Positions 30,701-32,000 of a stretch of DNA of 32,000 bases are shown piece by piece. The DNA is taken from contig BAAFSQ010000037.1 of NCBI GenBank assembly GCA_054661495.1, forward strand, positions 1 to 32,000, in the 5' to 3' direction. The DNA comes from Zygophlyctis sp. KS116 (taxonomy: Eukaryota; Fungi; Chytridiomycota). The position numbers were made by a program, and so were the translations under genes. How positions within the stretch are numbered: position 1 is the stretch's first letter; the number at the start of each line of letters is the position of its first letter. A model generated the notes under the pieces. The model was not told the origin of the DNA. It searched no databases and saw only the letters and a list, made by a program, of their open reading frames with translations.

Positions 30701-31659
30701 ATGTCTGATATTGTCTTTTCAGATGTCTGCAATCATCATTTTGTTATTCGCATATACAATCAGATCCAATCGGATAATCTGATTAAGCAAAAAAAGAAAT
30801 GGATGGAAGACTACTCTTACGCTAAAGGACTTTCTATATTTCTAACGTCAAAAACATCTTTATTGAAGCATGCGCTTGCACCGTTGGTGTATGCTACTTC
30901 ATCATTGATACCGGGTGGGCATATGGTTGATGATCATTCACTATTGATAAAACCAGATCAGCCAATAATTGTATTTTCTCATGGTATTGCAGGCTCGAGA
31001 TTTATGTATTCTCAGTTTGCAATTGAATGTTGTAAGAGGGGGTTGATGGTTGTTGCGGTTGAACATATGGATGGTAGTGCAATAGCAGCAAAAGATGAAA
31101 AGGGACAGATTCTTCATTATCAGCATCCACCAGATGATGAAGAGTCTATAAAAACCTTTAGAAGAACTCAGCTGATAAAGAGATCTCAGGAATTAAAAAA
31201 TGTATTAGAATATGTATCTGAAAAATGGCCCAATAGAGATATGTATTTAGCAGGACATTCTTTTGGTGGAATAACAGCATTTCATACGAGCGTAAATCAA
31301 TCAGTAAAGAAACTAGGAGTTAAAAAAGTTCTTCTAGTTGATCCCTGGTGGTATGCATTGGAAGAATCAGATTTAGGGAGCAAAAGTGATTCAATTTATT
31401 ATTGTGCAACAACAGAGAAGTTTCATTGGCCAGAACAAGACAATATGTCTGAAAAGATATTAAATAGTGGTAAATATTATACGATTTTACTCTAGGTAAA
31501 TTTGATTGGAAAACTTTAGATTGTTTTGATGCAAGACATCAGGATTTGTCTGATATAGCTGTTCATCTTCCATTTGCTATTAAAGCGACTGGTAATGGAG
31601 GGGAAAAGGGGGGACTTACTCATATAAGACATGTTTTAGATTTCTTTTTAAAGCATTAA
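30701..31659 (+). CDS. Platelet-activating factor acetylhydrolase-like alpha/beta hydrolase
   Basis: IVFSHGIAGSR..YS, VEH.DGSA, nucleophile motif GHSFG and DPW. After an intron near 31469-31495, HQDLSD supplies the catalytic His. Confidence 0.88.
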
Positions 31660-31672
31660 TACATTTTTGAAT

Positions 31673-31987
31673 TTATTTTCGTGGAGGAAGTTGAGGATGT
31701 CCAACTCTGGATTTTTCTTTTGCTGGTTTAGATTTTTCTATTGTTTTTTCTGTTACTAGTGTAGAAAGTTTGTTAAACCATTCATCTCGCTTTGACTTGG
31801 AGTCGGCGGAAACATAGATAACTGGCAATTCTGAATCACAAACTAGCGATTGAATCCATTCATTCTCGGCCAATGCATGTTTTGATAATTGCAACTGAAG
31901 GGAATTTGAGTAACAGAATAAGGATGGGTCCGGATGTTGAACACTTTCTACAGATAGTATATTCAGAGATTCTAGCTCTTCTTTATC
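31673..31987 (-). CDS. 3' exon of a probable PH-domain protein (partial; continues beyond the window)
   Basis: IYVSADSKSKRDEWFNKL fits the PH C-terminal strand and Trp helix; an acceptor-like AAATAG lies at about 31988. Confidence 0.6.
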   Translation of the reverse strand, partial: DKEELESLNILSVESVQHPDPSLFCYSNSLQLQLSKHALAENEWIQSLVCDSELPVIYVSADSKSKRDEWFNKLSTLVTEKTIEKSKPAKEKSRVGHPQLPPRK

Positions 31988-32000
31988 CTATTTTTTAATA

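Noticed and set aside
125-31659. Apparent frameshifts and stops suggesting pseudogenes, an alternative genetic code or programmed frameshifting
   Set aside because: Every break I examined is resolved by a short GT-AG intron that restores conserved residues under the standard code.
1-32000. Microsporidian, Rozella or ciliate origin
   Set aside because: The complex I subunit NDUFA8 and the high intron density argue against canonical microsporidia and Rozella; TAA/TAG used as stops and fungal-type genes argue against ciliates such as Paramecium.

Overview
Eukaryotic nuclear DNA, AT-rich and extremely compact, most likely from a zoosporic (chytrid-type) fungus. This is an inference from the fungal-type Hal/Hrk1 kinase, the Bem3-like RhoGAP and the fungal-type complex I subunit NDUFA8. 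I can reconstruct about 27 protein-coding genes and one tRNA-Val(CAC). Recognisable genes are G6PD (3' end), NSUN5/RCM1, ARPC3, AMP deaminase, a Hal-family kinase, pirin, RPT4, RPL11, a ZNHIT2-like protein, NDUFA8, an AN1 zinc finger, an M16C peptidase, an F-box protein, a PX-PH-RhoGAP, an RRM protein, mitochondrial S8, SmB, DNA ligase IV and a PAF-acetylhydrolase. There are also three secreted/GPI-type surface protein genes, two of them in a near-perfect 754-bp tandem duplication. The ORF track is fragmented because the genes carry about 57 spliceosomal introns (hand count), almost all 24-33 nt. The most unusual signal is the gene-expression architecture: miniature introns with roughly a quarter ending in AAG, stopless in-frame introns inside active sites, co-oriented genes 4-30 nt apart, convergent genes with overlapping stop codons, divergent start codons 22-50 nt apart, and short shared motifs just upstream of ATGs. 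I saw no mobile element, CRISPR array or rRNA. Splice sites were placed by hand, so coordinates may be off by a few nt.
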